Source: a virus
IMG/VR virus record: IMGVR_UViG_3300045988_046609
DNA length: 64,000 nucleotides
Direction: 5' to 3' (one strand)
Made by a program: the position numbers and the translations under genes. Below, piece by piece: positions 60,316-64,000 of the stretch. Numbering within the stretch: position 1 is the stretch's first letter; the number at the start of each line of letters is the position of its first letter. Below the pieces are notes generated by a model. The model was not told the origin of the DNA. It made no database searches and saw only the letters and a list, made by a program, of their open reading frames with translations.

Positions 60316-60487
60316 ATACAGTGATAGGGAATTGTTAGAAGCAATATATACTATGCTACAATATGTAATAGTAAGAGTAAATGAAATTGATAATGATGAT
60401 AAACAATTTGGAATGAATCTTGCTGCAGATTTACTTGGTAGTATAGTATATGATGCTCAACCTAGAACTACGAGATATGCAAATTAA
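60296..60487 (+). CDS. hypothetical protein
   Basis: 63-aa ORF with TAA stop. Confidence 0.5.
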   Translation: MTNKLSEYSDRELLEAIYTMLQYVIVRVNEIDNDDKQFGMNLAADLLGSIVYDAQPRTTRYAN

Positions 60488-60713
60488 ATGGTTAAAAGAA
60501 AGTAATAGAATGAAGCACCTGAAGTACGCAATACTACCAGGTGCTCTGTTCACTATATTATTTGTAGCCGGTTTGGCTACAGGTATGGAGTTTAAAGATA
60601 AACAACACGGTGGTAAATGGGATTGGTTAGACTGGATAGCTACTATGATAGGTGGTGTTATTGGTCAAGCAATCCAAGTAGGTATAATATTATCATTGAA
60701 GTTATGCATATAA
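60477..60713 (+). CDS. holin-like small membrane protein
   Basis: Two hydrophobic helices, AILPGALFTILFVAGLATG and IATMIGGVIGQAIQVGIILSL. The start at ATG 60477 overlaps the previous stop. Confidence 0.5.
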   Translation: MQIKWLKESNRMKHLKYAILPGALFTILFVAGLATGMEFKDKQHGGKWDWLDWIATMIGGVIGQAIQVGIILSLKLCI

Positions 60714-61165
60714 TATCAGAAAGAATAGCTAAAAGAAGTACATATACTATAAGTAATATGTATATAGATGGCGTTAAATTCTGCAATGTTCTTGAAGATA
60801 CAGATAGAGGACTTACACAAGATACTCCGCTAGAGGATATATAGAAGATTAAAGTATATGGTAAGACTGCGATACCTACTGGTACATATAAAGTTACTTT
60901 AGATGTTGTGTCTCCTAAATTTAGTAAATATAAACAATATAAATTCTGTAATGGAAAATTACCTAGATTATTAGATGTACCTGGTTTCAATGGTATTTTA
61001 ATTCACATAGGTAACACAGAGGCGGATACAGATGGATGTTTATTGGTAGGAAAAAATAACGTAGTTAGTAAAGTAACGGAAAGTACTGTAACATTTAAAG
61101 CATTATATGCTAAGATGCAAGAAGCAGTAGAAAACGGAGAAGAAATTACTATTACTATTAAGTAA
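60704..61165 (+). CDS. DUF5675-like protein, one in-frame TAG
   Basis: MYIDGVKFCNVLEDTDRG...GKTAIPTGTYKVTL...LLDVPGFNGILIHIGNTEADTDGCLLVG matches my recollection of DUF5675. Frame 2 joins 60617-60844 and 60908-61165 through TAG at 60842. Confidence 0.55.
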
Positions 61166-61182
61166 CACAAAGGCGGATACAG

Positions 61183-61635
61183 ATGAAAACAATTTTATAT
61201 AATCCTATATTTATTAACCCACAGGCTTATTACGTATTTCCAAGTCTGAATGGTCAGTTAGTGGAATAGAAAGATACTGCCATTGAACCTGCTAAGTATT
61301 CCGGAATAATAGAAGTAAAGGTAATTGCTAATGGAGATAGTAAGCTTATTAGGTATTATTCTAATACTAATAAGATAGATCTATCAGAGTTCAAAGATTC
61401 TTGGATTAGAATAAATTTATATACAGATTTAGGAGCTGTGGTGTTGGGGGAATGGAAACTATAGATATCAACTCCAGTACCTCCTGAAGTGAATTACACA
61501 GTATTCCCAACAATTGACTTGCAAGAGGTCCCTCAGGATGAGATAGACAAGCGTAACCTTGTTCCTCGCAAGAGTGTAAATGAGAGTGAAACTTTGATGA
61601 AATGCCAGCACTATACACAGTTAAAAAATAGTTAA
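61183..61635 (+). CDS. hypothetical protein, two in-frame TAG codons
   Basis: Hand-read in frame 1 from ATG 61183 to TAA at 61633-61635. Confidence 0.5.
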
Positions 61636-61647
61636 TAAGCACAGAAA

Positions 61648-62985
61648 ATGGTAAGATTTGTAAACTTTAGAGCAACAGATATTTAGCCTAATCCAGATGA
61701 AGTAATGTATTGGGTAGATCTGGCTACTGATCCTCTAGGTGGTAGTATTAAAACTTGGAATGCGGAAGGGTATTGGGAAACTCTTCGAGTATTAGAAGGT
61801 ACACTGCCAGAATTTGAAGAGAAAATTAAAAAATATGTACAATAGCAATTAGAATCATACGAAAAACGCGTAGATGAGAAGATTAAGATTATTGAGGGTC
61901 AAATAGCTATTGTAGATCAAGATATAGAATCATTAAAACAAGGTAAACAAGATAAGCTAGTAGCCGGTACTGGTATCAATATATCTGATAATGTAATATC
62001 TTGCATAGTAGACTTAACTTTATATAAGGTAGTACTTGAATTACCTACTGAAGATATTGATCCTACTAAAATATATTTGGTATTAGATGAAGACGGAGAG
62101 GAAGGTAATATATGGAAAGAGTACATATATGTGAATAATCATTGGGAATTGATGGGAGAATATCAAGCCCCTATAGATTTGTCTCCATATCTTACTAAAG
62201 AAGAGGCTAAAAATACTTACGCAACCAGAGCACAATTATCAAATACCAATAGAATTATAGGTATTACTGGTGATGGAAATCTACCAGATCTATCAGATAC
62301 TAATTATATTAGTAATTCTAAAGATTTAATAAATAATATTAAGGTTCTAGATAGATAGATCGCAGATGGTAGACACGAAGAAGTATGGGAAGTACTGTAT
62401 AATCAATTTACAGTAATTTCAGGATTTTCAGTTTCTCCCACTATAATCGAAAAAGGAGTTTCTACTTCTATTAAAATGGCTGGTAGATTCTTATTTAACA
62501 ATGAACCTTTTATTCCATAGAGTGTAACTCTTAAAAGAGATTCTGTAGTTATACATAATACTCCAATAGATAATCTTAATGGCATCACAGATAATCTTGA
62601 TACTACTAGTGATAGTGTTGTCTATAGAGTAGATATAATAAGTAATGAAGTACAAAAATCAGCTACTGCAACAGTTCGTGCATACTACCCTATGTTTTTT
62701 GGTCATTCTCCAAAAACCAGTTTAACTTCTACAGATATAACGGGCTTTACTAAGTAGCCTATCAAGAGTTCACCAAATGGAACACATTCTATGAATGTAA
62801 ATCAAGGTGATTACGTGTGGTTATGCATACCATCTAATTTTAATATATCTAAAGTGACATCTTCTGGATTTGGAGTTCCCATGGAAAATCCTATTTCAGT
62901 AACTGTAGATAGCAAGGGTACATATAAATGTTATCGTACAAGTGGGTAGCTTAATGCTGGAACGTTTGATTTTACAATTGGATAA
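61648..62985 (+). CDS. tail-fibre-like protein (445 codons), TAG-recoded
   Basis: Hand-read in frame 1 from ATG 61648 to TAA at 62983-62985, with only TAG stops inside. Includes track ORF 62077-62358. Short coiled-coil segment. Confidence 0.6.
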
Positions 62986-62999
62986 GAATAAAATATATT

Positions 63000-64000
63000 A
63001 TGGCAAACATTAAAATATATGGTACCCTGGTTAATGATACTACAGATCCTAAGATAGTCAATACCGATCAAACTTGGGATAAAGATTTATAGAAGTACCA
63101 ATCTGATATTAACCAGAGTACGAATAGCTTAAAAACAGAACTCGATGAAGAGATTGCTAGAGCTACTCAAGCAGAAAGAGACATATAGAATAGTGTGTCT
63201 GCAGAAACAGCAAGAGCTCAACAGGCAGAAGCAGATAATCTTGAAAAAATAAATAATGAAATAGCAAGAGCTAAATAGGCTGAAGAGACTAATGCTAAAG
63301 CTATTAAAGATGAATCAGATAGAGCTAAAGCTGCTGAGTCAAAGAATACTGATGCTATTAATACAGAAATAAGTAGAGCACAAACTGCAGAGAATCAAAT
63401 AATTGGTTCTGTATATTCCTTAGATAGTTATGTTAAAGAATCTATTACAGAATTAAAAGAATCAATTGGTAGTGATAGTGGTCTTTCTGATAGAATAGAT
63501 GAAGTTGAGGCTGCATACAAAGCCGCAGATAATGCTTTAGGACAAAGAGTCACTGATGAAATTACTAGAGCTACTAATGCAGAAAATGCCAATACTAATA
63601 AAATTACTGCTGAGAAGAATCGTAATGACGCACAAGACACTTTAATAACTAATCTACAAGATAGTAAAGTAGCATCAGTAGAACTGATCTAGGATTAGTA
63701 GAATAGCTTGCATTACACATTAATGGTAGATTCTGTCAATGCTGGAGAAATTAGTATACCTAAAGATAGATTCCTTAAAGAAGTTGTATATGATGCGGAT
63801 ACTACTAGTTTAGTATTCACTTTTGTAGCAGAAGATGGAGATTCTATAGTAAGGGTAAACATAGGGGATTTAGTAGATGTATATACTGCTGGAGATGGGT
63901 TACAACTTGCTGCATCTAACAAATTTAATGTAGTTATAGACTCTACATCAGATTCATATTTAACTGTAGGCCCTAATGGAGTAAAATTAATAGGTGTAGC
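63000..64000 (+). CDS. tail-fibre protein with ARAxxAE heptad-like repeats, TAG-recoded; 3' end outside the window
   Basis: Frame 0 from ATG 63000. Repeats include EIARATQAERD, ETARAQQAEAD, EIARAK-TAG-AEET and ISRAQTAENQ. There is a cluster of three TAG codons at about 63688-63702. Confidence 0.65.

Noticed and set aside
40100-63922. Antisense or out-of-frame ORFs within late genes, for example 40100-40447(-), 41148-41330(-), 43519-43828(-), 43638-43823(+), 44041-44259(-), 46317-46673(-), 48324-49608(-) and 52544-53410(-). Also 54447-54671(-), 55203-55442(-), 56219-56485(+), 57024-57248(-), 58107-58346(-), 60658-60990(-), 61406-62588(-) and 63428-63922(-).
   Set aside because: Each is contained in a longer TAG-recoded plus-strand reading frame that I read through by hand. 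For example, 56219-56485 is frame 2 inside the frame-1 fibre gene.
1-64000. CRISPR arrays, rRNA genes, transposases or IS elements, integrases and lysogeny modules.
   Set aside because: I saw no regularly spaced direct repeats of 25-40 nt, no rRNA-like segments and no ORFs with DDE, tyrosine-recombinase or serine-recombinase motifs.

Overview
The window looks like most of a Crassvirales-like (crAss-like) Bacteroidota phage genome. This assignment is inference, based on three things: AT-rich sequence, no Shine-Dalgarno motifs before start codons, and TerL/portal/capsid gene order with a family-B DNA polymerase replication block.

Layout:
- A plus-strand late/virion module runs from 33938 to 64000 and wraps round to 1-5703.
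- A minus-strand early/replication block occupies 5756-33579.
- A bidirectional terminator sits at 5708-5733, and a divergent control region at 33580-33937.

The dominant feature is a module-specific genetic code. From about 35.8 kb onward, most plus-strand late genes read as long ORFs only if TAG is a sense codon, and those genes all end in TAA or TGA. TAG-interrupted genes include TerL, portal, a 1788-codon tail fibre and a 1568-codon terminal gene. A near-canonical tRNA with anticodon CUA lies inside the module at 38831-38905. In the minus-strand block, TAG acts as a stop for five genes. It is otherwise absent in frame, except at codon 3 of a DUF1064-like nuclease gene that has no other ATG.

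Other notable content:
- Five tRNA-like elements with good acceptor and T arms but aberrant anticodon arms. Four lie 15-49 nt upstream of early-gene start codons.
- A 2.1-kb ORF-free, GC-enriched segment (19017-21144), plus several smaller hairpin-rich ORF-free spacers.
- Three homing-endonuclease genes: an antisense HNH, a TAG-containing HNH and a frameshifted GIY-YIG.
- A +1 frame break at a T6 run in TerL.
- A phage ECF-type sigma factor.
- Recurrent upstream sequence cassettes and phased short repeats.

No CRISPR array, rRNA, integrase or transposase was seen. Coordinates of features not taken from the ORF track were indexed by hand and may be off by 1-2 nt.
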